IMG/VR virus record: IMGVR_UViG_3300044984_003188
Length of the DNA stretch: 64,000 nucleotides
Strand: one strand, 5' to 3'
DNA from: a virus
Shown here: positions 49,151 through 57,018 of the stretch, in pieces
Layout of the letters: each line of letters starts with the position of its first letter
Numbering within the stretch: the stretch's first letter is position 1
Notes under the pieces: model-generated
Told to the model about the DNA's origin: nothing
The model's input: the letters and a program-made list of their open reading frames with translations, nothing else
Databases searched by the model: none
Program-made: the position numbers and the translations under genes

Positions 49151-49324
49151 ATGGAAAAAGTTAAGAATCAAGTCTTGGGTTCAGTCATGGGTCAAGTGGA
49201 TAAAAAAGTTTATAATCAAGCCTTGAATCAAGTCCAGGATCAAATCTTTGATCAAGTCTATAATCAAGTCTATAATCAAGTCTGGAATGAAATCTGTTAT
49301 CAAGTCTTGATGGAGATAGAATGA
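49151..49324 (+). CDS. QVxD tetrapeptide-repeat microprotein (57 aa, not in track)
   Basis: MEKVKNQVLGSVMGQVDKKVYNQALNQVQDQIFDQVYNQVYNQVWNEI; own promoter at 49091. Confidence 0.75.
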   Translation: MEKVKNQVLGSVMGQVDKKVYNQALNQVQDQIFDQVYNQVYNQVWNEICYQVLMEIE

Positions 49325-49497
49325 TGTATCTGGTTAGTTTTACCAACTTTGGTTATACTAAGGACTTTTCCAATAAGGAACAAGCTCTGACTTATATGGA
49401 GAGGGCATGCCTTGAGGCACTGCTGATGACCGAGAAGGGTGAAGTCCTTGCTGGATTCTCTCCTATCACTGGCTTCAAAACCGAAAAAAGTGGTTGA
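49321..49497 (+). CDS. hypothetical protein (58 aa, not in track)
   Basis: MMYLVSFTNFGY...FSPITG; ATGA overlap; stop in next -35. Confidence 0.65.
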   Translation: MMYLVSFTNFGYTKDFSNKEQALTYMERACLEALLMTEKGEVLAGFSPITGFKTEKSG

Positions 49498-49553
49498 CTT
49501 TAAACCTAGTTAAGATATAATCCTACTATCAAAACAAACACGGAGACTTAAAA

Positions 49554-50507
49554 ATGGCTCACAACATTGAAATGGTTGACGGCAAGGCTCAGATGGCATA
49601 TGTGGGTGAAACCCCGTGGCATGGTCTGGGCCGTGAGGTTCCTGCTGATCTTACTCCAGATCAGATGCTTGAGGCTGCTGGTATCAACTGGGAAGTTGAG
49701 AAGATCAAGGCCTATGCTAAGGTCGGTGGTAAGAACATCGACGTGGGTCGTTCGGCTCTTGTCCGTAAGAGTGACAACAAGATTCTAGACATCGTGTCGA
49801 ACGACTGGAATCCGGTGCAGAACGCTGAAGCGTTTGAATTCTTCAACGACTTCATCGCCGAGGGTGACATGGAAATGCACACCGCTGGCTCTCTGGCTGA
49901 TGGTCAGATTGTCTGGGCTCTGGCTAAGGTCAAGGACGGCTTTGACCTGTTCGGTGGTGATGAGGTCGAATCGTATCTGCACTTCACCAACTTCCACAAG
50001 TATGGCTTCTCCACTGACGTTCGGTTCACTCCGATTCGTGTGGTCTGCAATAACACCCTAACGCTTTCTCTTAACACCAAGGTCGAGCGCTTTGTCAAGA
50101 TTAGTCATCGCCGTGAGTTCAACGGTGACAACGTAAAGCTCATGCTTGGTATTGCTCAAGAGAAGCTTGCTAAGTATAAGGAAATGGCTGCTTTCCTCGG
50201 CACCAAGCGCTACACCAACGAGAATATGGTCGACTACTTCAAGCGTGTGTTCCCTGTTGCTGGTGGTCCGGATGCTAAGAAGGAACTTAGCAAGAATGCT
50301 AAGGTTGCTCTGTCCGTGGTCGATACTCAGCCCGGTGCAGACTTTGCTCGTGGATCCTTCTGGCAGCTCTTCAATACGGTGACCTATACTGCTGATCATC
50401 TGATGGGTCGCACTCAAGACTCTCGTCTAACCTCTGCTTGGTACGGCAATGGTCGTAACATGAAGACCCGGGCGCTAGAGACTGCCATCGAAATGGCAAA
50501 CGCCTAA
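49554..50507 (+). CDS. DUF932 family protein
   Basis: MAHNIE...ETPWHGLG, PVQN, TAGSL, TPIRVVCNNTL. Confidence 0.9.
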   Translation: MAHNIEMVDGKAQMAYVGETPWHGLGREVPADLTPDQMLEAAGINWEVEKIKAYAKVGGKNIDVGRSALVRKSDNKILDIVSNDWNPVQNAEAFEFFNDFIAEGDMEMHTAGSLADGQIVWALAKVKDGFDLFGGDEVESYLHFTNFHKYGFSTDVRFTPIRVVCNNTLTLSLNTKVERFVKISHRREFNGDNVKLMLGIAQEKLAKYKEMAAFLGTKRYTNENMVDYFKRVFPVAGGPDAKKELSKNAKVALSVVDTQPGADFARGSFWQLFNTVTYTADHLMGRTQDSRLTSAWYGNGRNMKTRALETAIEMANA

Positions 50508-50665
50508 AAAAACGGTTGACAAAACTTACTACCTGATATATAAGTAACTTATCAAAACATAGAAAAGGACTAAAATAATATGAGCGAATTTCATTCTGTG
50601 CTGTTGGCATCACTTCTACTATTTGTGTTGTGTGGTGTTGTGGCATTGGTGAACTAATAGACAGC

Positions 50666-50705
50666 GTCATCTCTATACAACTGAAGTCATCTCTATACAA
50701 CTGAA
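50666..50705 (+). repeat. 20-bp perfect tandem repeat
   Basis: GTCATCTCTATACAACTGAA x2. Confidence 0.9.
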
Positions 50706-50725
50706 AAACACAAGGAAAAACAACT

Positions 50726-51079
50726 ATGAAAACTTTTACTCGTATGGCTGCCCAGGGCGATTTCATCATTCTGCGGATTAATGATATTCCCGCAAATGTC
50801 GAGCGCCTCGCACCAAATGACCGTAACCACATTGTGGTTGCACATTCCGAAACCGGTCATGACCACGTGATGGTTGCCGACCGTGTAACCGCCTACAAGA
50901 CTACTGGTACCAAGGACGTTGATCTTTATGAGATGTTCCTCTCCGTTGAGGCTCCTACAGAGATCAATCATCTTCGTACCTTTGATACCCACGAGACTCT
51001 TCTGGTTCCTCCTGGTAACTATACTGTTCGCCGCCAGCGTGAATATGTTGCCGAGGGTTTCCGTCGGGCTCAGGACTAA
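50726..51079 (+). CDS. His-rich partner protein typically upstream of DUF6745 genes
   Basis: AQGD...HSETGHDH...H....H...PPGNYTVRRQREY. Confidence 0.75.
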   Translation: MKTFTRMAAQGDFIILRINDIPANVERLAPNDRNHIVVAHSETGHDHVMVADRVTAYKTTGTKDVDLYEMFLSVEAPTEINHLRTFDTHETLLVPPGNYTVRRQREYVAEGFRRAQD

Positions 51080-51118
51080 TCTTTCTTACTCTGTGAATCC
51101 ATAAAAGGGAATTATATT

Positions 51119-51964
51119 ATGAAGAAGATCGACAAGCTTACTGCAGAACAGACCGCTCAGCTCGAGGTGTATCGTGACAAGTGGATCAAGATCGGTCTTT
51201 CCACCGACCGAGTTGATCCAGATGCAGCTAAGGCTGCTGTAGAACTTCTGTATAAGTGCGGTGGTCTTAACGCACCTGATGAGATCGTGTTTGCTAACGG
51301 TCCTCTGCATGCTAAGAAGCTTCTAGGTAGCCGATCGGTTACGGAGAGTTGTGTATACGGCTCTCATGAGGCCGCTTGGCTTTCCTTTTATGACTTCATG
51401 CAGAATGAAGTTGGTATTGACCTTGATGGTAAGCTTGATGGTCTCTGGGCTGTTGCCAAAACTTGTGGTTGGGTATCCTGCTACGATACTCTTGCAGTAG
51501 TGCAGGATCGCCCAGTCCATATCAAGATGGATGAGGACAACCGACTCCATTGTGAAACTGGTCCTGCCATTCTATATGCCGATGGTTTTGCTGTCTATGC
51601 TTGGCATGGCGTTCGAATTCCTTCCGAATGGATTGAGGATAAGACTAGTCTGACTGCTCAGAAGGCTCTTACCTGGGAAAACATGGAGCAGCGTCGAGCC
51701 GCTTGTGAAATCCTTGGTTGGGTCAATATCCTTGGTGCACTAAACGCCAAGGTAATTGATGAGGATGAAGATCCCCAGATTGGTACTCTTCTGGAGGTTG
51801 ATATTCCCGAGATTGGTCGGGAGAAGTTCCTCAAGGTTCTTTGCGGTACTGGTCGTGAGTTTGCCATTCCGGTCCCACCGGATATGACTACAGCACTTGG
51901 TGCTAATGCATGGACCTACGATATTGATCCTGATCTTCTTAAGACACTTGAGGTCCGGACCTAA
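51119..51964 (+). CDS. DUF6745-like protein lacking the internal repeat tract
   Basis: KLTAEQ...KWIKIGLST; GSHEAAWLSFYDF; RLHCETGPAILYADGFAVYAWHGV; NMEQRRA; ANAWTY. Confidence 0.75.
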   Translation: MKKIDKLTAEQTAQLEVYRDKWIKIGLSTDRVDPDAAKAAVELLYKCGGLNAPDEIVFANGPLHAKKLLGSRSVTESCVYGSHEAAWLSFYDFMQNEVGIDLDGKLDGLWAVAKTCGWVSCYDTLAVVQDRPVHIKMDEDNRLHCETGPAILYADGFAVYAWHGVRIPSEWIEDKTSLTAQKALTWENMEQRRAACEILGWVNILGALNAKVIDEDEDPQIGTLLEVDIPEIGREKFLKVLCGTGREFAIPVPPDMTTALGANAWTYDIDPDLLKTLEVRT

Positions 51965-51982
51965 AAAGTCCGGACTACCTTT

Positions 51983-52156
51983 ATGAATGGGATTATGGAT
52001 CAAGTTTGGGATCAAGTCTATGGTCAAATCCGGCGTCAAGTCTATGATCAAGTCTTGCGCCAAGTCGAAGATCAAATCAGACTTCAAGTTTGGAATCAAG
52101 TTTGGGATCAAGTCTATCGTCAAGTTTATGATCAAGTCATAAATTCAAATGAATAA
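51983..52156 (+). CDS. QVxD tetrapeptide-repeat microprotein (57 aa, not in track)
   Basis: MNGIMDQVWDQVYGQIRRQVYDQVLRQVEDQIRLQVWNQVWDQVYRQVYDQV. Confidence 0.78.
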   Translation: MNGIMDQVWDQVYGQIRRQVYDQVLRQVEDQIRLQVWNQVWDQVYRQVYDQVINSNE

Positions 52157-52189
52157 AAAAGTTTATAATCAAGTCAAGTTAGAGAACAA

Positions 52190-52306
52190 ATGAAAAAAGA
52201 TGTATTTACTCGATCCATAAACTTGATAAGTTATAGAATTTATGATCAAATTATAGCACAAATAGAAGATCAAATCTATTCTAAAATTTTAGAAGATAAT
52301 CTGTGA
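52190..52306 (+). CDS. degenerate QIxD-repeat microprotein (38 aa)
   Basis: RIYDQIIAQIEDQIYSKI. Confidence 0.55.
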   Translation: MKKDVFTRSINLISYRIYDQIIAQIEDQIYSKILEDNL

Positions 52307-52311
52307 TACAA

Positions 52312-52488
52312 ATGCGTAAAGTTTCCACTCAATGTCTTGATAAATTCTATATACAACTCTGGCATCAAGTTTGTATTAAAATTGACAATGAATCCGTAAA
52401 TTATATTTGGGAACAATCTAGTATTTTTAGTATAGTCTGGGATCAAGTTCAGATGCCTATCAAGGATCAATTGACTGAATTAAATTAA
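52312..52488 (+). CDS. degenerate QVxD-repeat microprotein
   Basis: QLWHQV...IWEQ...VWDQV...IKDQL. Confidence 0.6.
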   Translation: MRKVSTQCLDKFYIQLWHQVCIKIDNESVNYIWEQSSIFSIVWDQVQMPIKDQLTELN

Positions 52489-52497
52489 GGAATAAAA

Positions 52498-52752
52498 ATG
52501 GATAATATTCAAATCACACTATCTTATAATCGCTTTCCTGAAAATCAAAATCCAAATACTGTAATGGGTGAATCATATCAACATACTTTTACCATTACTG
52601 ATGAAGCCACTTATTTTTCTGTTTTAGAAAAAGTTGAAGTGATGCTTAAGAGTCTAGGTTATGAGTTCAATGGTCATCTAGAATTTAGTGGTCTGGTAAC
52701 TGATGATGCCGTTCAGAGTGATAATGTTGTAGTTCTTCGCCCTGAGGAATAA
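52498..52752 (+). CDS. hypothetical protein
   Basis: AAGGA RBS; LKSLGYEF. Confidence 0.7.
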   Translation: MDNIQITLSYNRFPENQNPNTVMGESYQHTFTITDEATYFSVLEKVEVMLKSLGYEFNGHLEFSGLVTDDAVQSDNVVVLRPEE

Positions 52753-52794
52753 GTACTATAAACCATATTAGCGTCAAGTCAAAGATCAAAACCT

Positions 52795-52956
52795 ATGAAA
52801 CAAGTCTGGGAACAAATTTGTGGTCAAATTTGGGAACATGTCTGGGATCAAGTAGAAAATCAAATCAGTGATCAAGTCAGGAGTCAAGTATGGGGTCAAG
52901 TCAGACTTCAAGTCAGAAGTCAAATCTGGGATCAAGTAGAAGATCAAGCCCTATGA
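52795..52956 (+). CDS. QVxD tetrapeptide-repeat microprotein (53 aa, not in track)
   Basis: MKQVWEQICGQIWEHVWDQVENQISDQVRSQVWGQVRLQVRSQIWDQVEDQAL. Confidence 0.78.
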   Translation: MKQVWEQICGQIWEHVWDQVENQISDQVRSQVWGQVRLQVRSQIWDQVEDQAL

Positions 52957-53132
52957 ATTATGTTCAAGATCAAGTTGTGAGCTTTGTTAGGGGTCAAGTC
53001 TGGACTAAAATTATGAAACAAGTCATGGTTCAAATCGAGAGACAAACCCGAAATCAGGTCGTGGATCCAGTCTGGGATCAAGTCTCGGATCAAGTCCGCC
53101 GTCAAGTCCGAAGTCAAGTACTGAATCCATGA
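52953..53132 (+). CDS. QVxD tetrapeptide-repeat microprotein
   Basis: MNYVQDQVVSFVRGQVW...VWDQVSDQVRRQVRSQV; ATGA coupled. Confidence 0.78.
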   Translation: MNYVQDQVVSFVRGQVWTKIMKQVMVQIERQTRNQVVDPVWDQVSDQVRRQVRSQVLNP

Positions 53133-53311
53133 ATAGTATTCGAGATAAGATCTTAGCTAATATTTGGCATCAAGTTTATAATAAGGTTTATTATCAAGTT
53201 AGTAATCAAATTTGGGATAAAACTACCGATCAAGTTTTGGATAAAGTTTATTCTGAAGTAACGATTGAAACTAGGATTCAAGTCAAGGATCAAATATGGG
53301 ACATGTCATGA
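53129..53311 (+). CDS. QVxD tetrapeptide-repeat microprotein
   Basis: IWHQVYNKVYYQVSNQIWDK; ATGA coupled. Confidence 0.75.
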   Translation: MNSIRDKILANIWHQVYNKVYYQVSNQIWDKTTDQVLDKVYSEVTIETRIQVKDQIWDMS

Positions 53312-53508
53312 ACCAAGTCAGGGGTCAAGTCTGGAATCAAATCAGATTTCAAGTATGGGATCAAATCTGGGATCAAATAGAAGATCAAGTCCGGAATCAA
53401 ATCTGGGATCAAGTAGAAGATCAAGTCAGATTTCAAGTCTGTGATCAAGTCAGATTTCAAGTCTGTGATCAAGTCTGTGATGAATTCTATGTTCAAACCC
53501 GAAATTAA
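53308..53508 (+). CDS. QVxD tetrapeptide-repeat microprotein
   Basis: MNQVRGQVWNQIRFQVWDQIWDQIEDQVRNQIWDQV; ATGA coupled. Confidence 0.78.
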   Translation: MNQVRGQVWNQIRFQVWDQIWDQIEDQVRNQIWDQVEDQVRFQVCDQVRFQVCDQVCDEFYVQTRN

Positions 53509-53522
53509 ATTATGGGTAAATT

Positions 53523-53699
53523 ATGAAAACTGTTATTTCAGATATTCGTAGTTGTCAATATTCACACGCTTTTAATAAAGTTCAAGATACTACTTCTGCA
53601 GATACCCAAAATAAAGTTGCAATGCTTATTTGGGATAAAGTTTTCATCTCTACTTTATATAAGTATATTAGCACATTTGACGAAGATTTAGGAAATTAA
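53523..53699 (+). CDS. hypothetical protein (58 aa), possibly degenerate repeat-family member
   Basis: NKVQD...NKVAMLIWDKV. Confidence 0.5.
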   Translation: MKTVISDIRSCQYSHAFNKVQDTTSADTQNKVAMLIWDKVFISTLYKYISTFDEDLGN

Positions 53700-53700
53700 T

Positions 53701-54843
53701 ATGGCACGTGCTGCAGCAACACCAAAGTCCTTAAAGGTAAAAAAGTCTGTCAAAGTCAAGACGACTAGGACAGAGCAATATCTGATTAATATCAAGTATA
53801 TGGGTGAAGAACCAACTTTTTCTACTGATAGGCAATTAACTGACCAAGAGTACAGTTCTGCTTTATCTTGGTATAATTACATGTGTTCTAGATCTGATTC
53901 ACGTGAATATCTAGAAACCTATCTAAAGAATACCAATCGACTGATTGATCTTAAAAATTTAAAGTCGGTACCGGATAACAAGTTTATTGAGCATGCCGGT
54001 TGGATTGCTCGTATGCTTTCTCGTGGCGTACCGCTTACCAAGCGTTCATATAATCATATGAACCTCAAGCTGGTAGAAATGCTCAAGCACTCTACTGGGA
54101 AAGAGGAAAAGGTTGAGACTAAAAAAGTAATTAATATCCAAGATCGCATCAAAGAAAAAGTGTCAAACTTCATTGGTCTATTTGATGAAGAAATTGATAA
54201 GTGTGGATATACAATTTCAATGTATGAAATGCTTGAAAAGCATGAAATTCAACCTACCCTAGCCAATCGAGTAGCAGAATTTTTCAAACCTATTGCTGAT
54301 GAAGCGCAGGAACTCCTTAAAAAAGATTGCAATCCTCAACTCAAAGAGGGTTTCAATCATCTAACCAAGGAACAGATCAAGCAAAGGGCTGCTTTTTATA
54401 GATCCATTTTGGATGATTGTGATCGTTATGCAGGCAACGTCAAGAAGCAAAAGCAACAACGCACCCCGAAGCCCATGACAGCAGAAAAGAAATTAAAGCA
54501 TTTTAAATTTATGCGTGAAAGCAAAGAACACAAGCTAGTTTCCATCAATCCAGAAAAAGTCCTTGGTTGTCAAGAACTATGGGCATTCAATATTAAGTAT
54601 AATACACTCACAAGGTTTATTGCGCTTGATCGTGGTGGATTAGATGTTGACAGAATGACTATTACCAAGTATAATGGTGATACCAAAACATATAAACTTA
54701 CATCAAAGAAAGTCAAGGATACACTTGAAACCATCCTGTCTGGTGGTAAAAGGGTTTTATCCAAAACACTTGCAGAACTCAAAGAGTTTCCTATTCTGCA
54801 GGAACGTATCAATGAAAATGTAATTCTACTGAAGGTGGTATAA
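53701..54843 (+). CDS. conserved T4-like hypothetical protein
   Basis: 380 aa; ALSWYNY, QLKEGF, LVSINP, RINENVILL. Confidence 0.8.
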   Translation: MARAAATPKSLKVKKSVKVKTTRTEQYLINIKYMGEEPTFSTDRQLTDQEYSSALSWYNYMCSRSDSREYLETYLKNTNRLIDLKNLKSVPDNKFIEHAGWIARMLSRGVPLTKRSYNHMNLKLVEMLKHSTGKEEKVETKKVINIQDRIKEKVSNFIGLFDEEIDKCGYTISMYEMLEKHEIQPTLANRVAEFFKPIADEAQELLKKDCNPQLKEGFNHLTKEQIKQRAAFYRSILDDCDRYAGNVKKQKQQRTPKPMTAEKKLKHFKFMRESKEHKLVSINPEKVLGCQELWAFNIKYNTLTRFIALDRGGLDVDRMTITKYNGDTKTYKLTSKKVKDTLETILSGGKRVLSKTLAELKEFPILQERINENVILLKVV

Positions 54844-55070
54844 TGCAAATCGAAGTCAAAAAGCCTCTAGATGCTCCAATCGGAAAAGCAGAGATGGTGA
54901 AAACTCCATGGGGTACTGAAGAATTGGCTCAAGTATTTAAAGTGATTGATTATATCAGTGGCGATATTAAGTATGCTGTAATTAATAATCCTGTTGGCAA
55001 CTTTAAAGTTCGTTGTAGTGCATTTAGAGTCCGATAAATATATTGACATTTTTAAGATATAGGATATATT

Positions 55071-55742
55071 ATGAAGGTAAATATCGGACCACATATTGGA
55101 TACCTTACCCCTTTTCATATAGCAGAAAAGATCCTCTTTTGGAAAGATAAGTATAAACCAAACGAAACCAATCCATTAGATGTGCACAAAGATTATGATG
55201 ATATTCATAACTTTGGATTGCTTTTGGAAAAGATTCCAGGGTTATTAAAACTATGTGAATGGTATAGTAATCGAGTTCGTAAAGTCAATGTACGGGTTGA
55301 TCCATATGATACATGGTCAGCCGATAATACTATTGCACTGTTAGTTGTTCCAATTTTAAAGCAGCTAAAAGAAAATAAACACAGTGCAGGTGGCGTTGAT
55401 GATGTAGATGTTCCAGAAGAACTAAAGTCAACCAGTGCTAAACCATTGACTGAAGAAGAAAAGAATTCCGGATCAGTTGACGATAATTACTTCAAGCGAT
55501 GGGATTGGGTTCTAGATGAAATGATCTGGGCTTTTGAACAAAGCACTTTTGATTGGGAAGCTGAATATTACTCTGGAAAATCTGATATTCAATTTGAAAA
55601 GACGGATGGTGGGTTATCTAAAATGATCCAGGGGCCTAATCATACATTTAAAGTAAATCGTGAAGGTGTATTGCAACATCAAGAACGAATGTATAAGGGG
55701 AGGATGCTTTTTGCAAAGTATTATGAATCTCTATGGTCATGA
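55071..55742 (+). CDS. conserved hypothetical protein
   Basis: MKVNIG, DPYDTWS.D, RWDWVLDEMIWAF, FAKYYESLW. Confidence 0.8.
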   Translation: MKVNIGPHIGYLTPFHIAEKILFWKDKYKPNETNPLDVHKDYDDIHNFGLLLEKIPGLLKLCEWYSNRVRKVNVRVDPYDTWSADNTIALLVVPILKQLKENKHSAGGVDDVDVPEELKSTSAKPLTEEEKNSGSVDDNYFKRWDWVLDEMIWAFEQSTFDWEAEYYSGKSDIQFEKTDGGLSKMIQGPNHTFKVNREGVLQHQERMYKGRMLFAKYYESLWS

Positions 55743-55773
55743 ATTATTCAACGTATAGTGTGGAGTTTTCCAA

Positions 55774-56004
55774 ATGCAAGATGGATCTAGCAACAATGCA
55801 CAATGGGCCACACGAAAAAAGCCCAAACGTGACATTACCCTCGGAACACTTTGGTTTGTCATCAGTTTATACTGCATCATTCCACTTATTCAAATCTTAT
55901 CCGCTCCCCTTACCGGATTTATGTCATTTGTTTTCTGCATAATGTGTTTTTTAAGTGCTAAATTTTGGATTGATAAGGCTAAGAAATGTTGGTTCCCGAC
56001 ATAG
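55774..56004 (+). CDS. small membrane protein
   Basis: Two hydrophobic segments. Confidence 0.55.
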   Translation: MQDGSSNNAQWATRKKPKRDITLGTLWFVISLYCIIPLIQILSAPLTGFMSFVFCIMCFLSAKFWIDKAKKCWFPT

Positions 56005-56142
56005 AAAAAAAGCTTTTAGAAATTGAAATAGGTATGCTAAGGAGTGCTTTTAGAATAAATTTTCTTAGGCATGGGTATTCAGGCACAGAAATTGATGAGA
56101 TGCTTGATAATATTAATAGAAGAGCCAAGGGAACCTTAGAAA

Positions 56143-56367
56143 ATGATTTTGAATAAAATGAATAACTTTAATATTGAAATTGAAGTTCTTATTAGTGAAA
56201 AGAAGATCAACTACATTGATGCTGTTGTGATGTGGTGCGAAGACAATAATATTGAAGTTGAATATGCAGCAGATTTAATTAAAAAAGATATGGTTTTACA
56301 TTCCAAAATTAAAGCGGATGCTGAGAGTCTTAATATTCTAAAAAGAACAGCGCAACTTCCAGTATGA
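56143..56367 (+). CDS. gp33: late transcription coactivator (T4 gp33)
   Basis: YIDAVVMWCEDNNIEVE...KIKADAESLN; position before gp59. Confidence 0.9.
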   Translation: MILNKMNNFNIEIEVLISEKKINYIDAVVMWCEDNNIEVEYAADLIKKDMVLHSKIKADAESLNILKRTAQLPV

Positions 56368-56942
56368 CACCGTATGAGTGCTATGTTGACTATTTAGCGC
56401 TTAAAAGACATTTTACCACAGAGTCATATGATTATTTTAAATATAATGGTAAAGTTAGTGCTAAAAGAGATACATTTGAAAAGCGAAAAGATAAATTCTT
56501 CTTTGAAAAACTTTCAAAACACCGTGACCCACACGGTGTTATACTTGCTAATCTATTAAAATCCAAAGATATATGGATAAAAGAATTAGTTAGTGATAAG
56601 GCACAAGAAAACTATAACTTATGGATCAAAAAAACACAATCAATAACAAGACTTGTTGAATCTGAGCTTTGGTTGTTGGATGATAATTTTGATTCAAACT
56701 TTAAAGTAGTTTCAGGTAATCATCCTCCATTACTAAAACTATTTTTATCGGATAAACTTTCATTAGAAAGTCTTATTATTTTAACTACAATTTCTGGATG
56801 CATTCCACATTGGTGCAAAAAAATGAAGGATGATTTTATCTGGGATGATGTAAACAAAAAGATAATTAAGACCAAACCGTTTATTCATTACGATGTTGAG
56901 AAAATAAAGAAAATATGCCTTGACAGATTCTCTACTTCGTGA
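56364..56942 (+). CDS. gp59: helicase loader (T4 gp59)
   Basis: YLALKRHF...YDYFKYNGK...FEKRKD. Confidence 0.92.
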   Translation: MTPYECYVDYLALKRHFTTESYDYFKYNGKVSAKRDTFEKRKDKFFFEKLSKHRDPHGVILANLLKSKDIWIKELVSDKAQENYNLWIKKTQSITRLVESELWLLDDNFDSNFKVVSGNHPPLLKLFLSDKLSLESLIILTTISGCIPHWCKKMKDDFIWDDVNKKIIKTKPFIHYDVEKIKKICLDRFSTS

Positions 56943-57018
56943 TAAATAAGTATAGAGGTAAGACCCTCTGTAAAAATATACAAATATACTATACATACAA
57001 AATATAAGGAATATATAA

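Noticed and set aside
51983-53508. 12-bp repeats as a CRISPR array
   Set aside because: Units are contiguous, 12 bp, degenerate and in-frame coding; no repeat-spacer structure and no cas operon.
51983-53508. Diversity-generating retroelement (TR/VR pairs)
   Set aside because: No reverse transcriptase in the window, and differences between cassettes are not confined to adenines.
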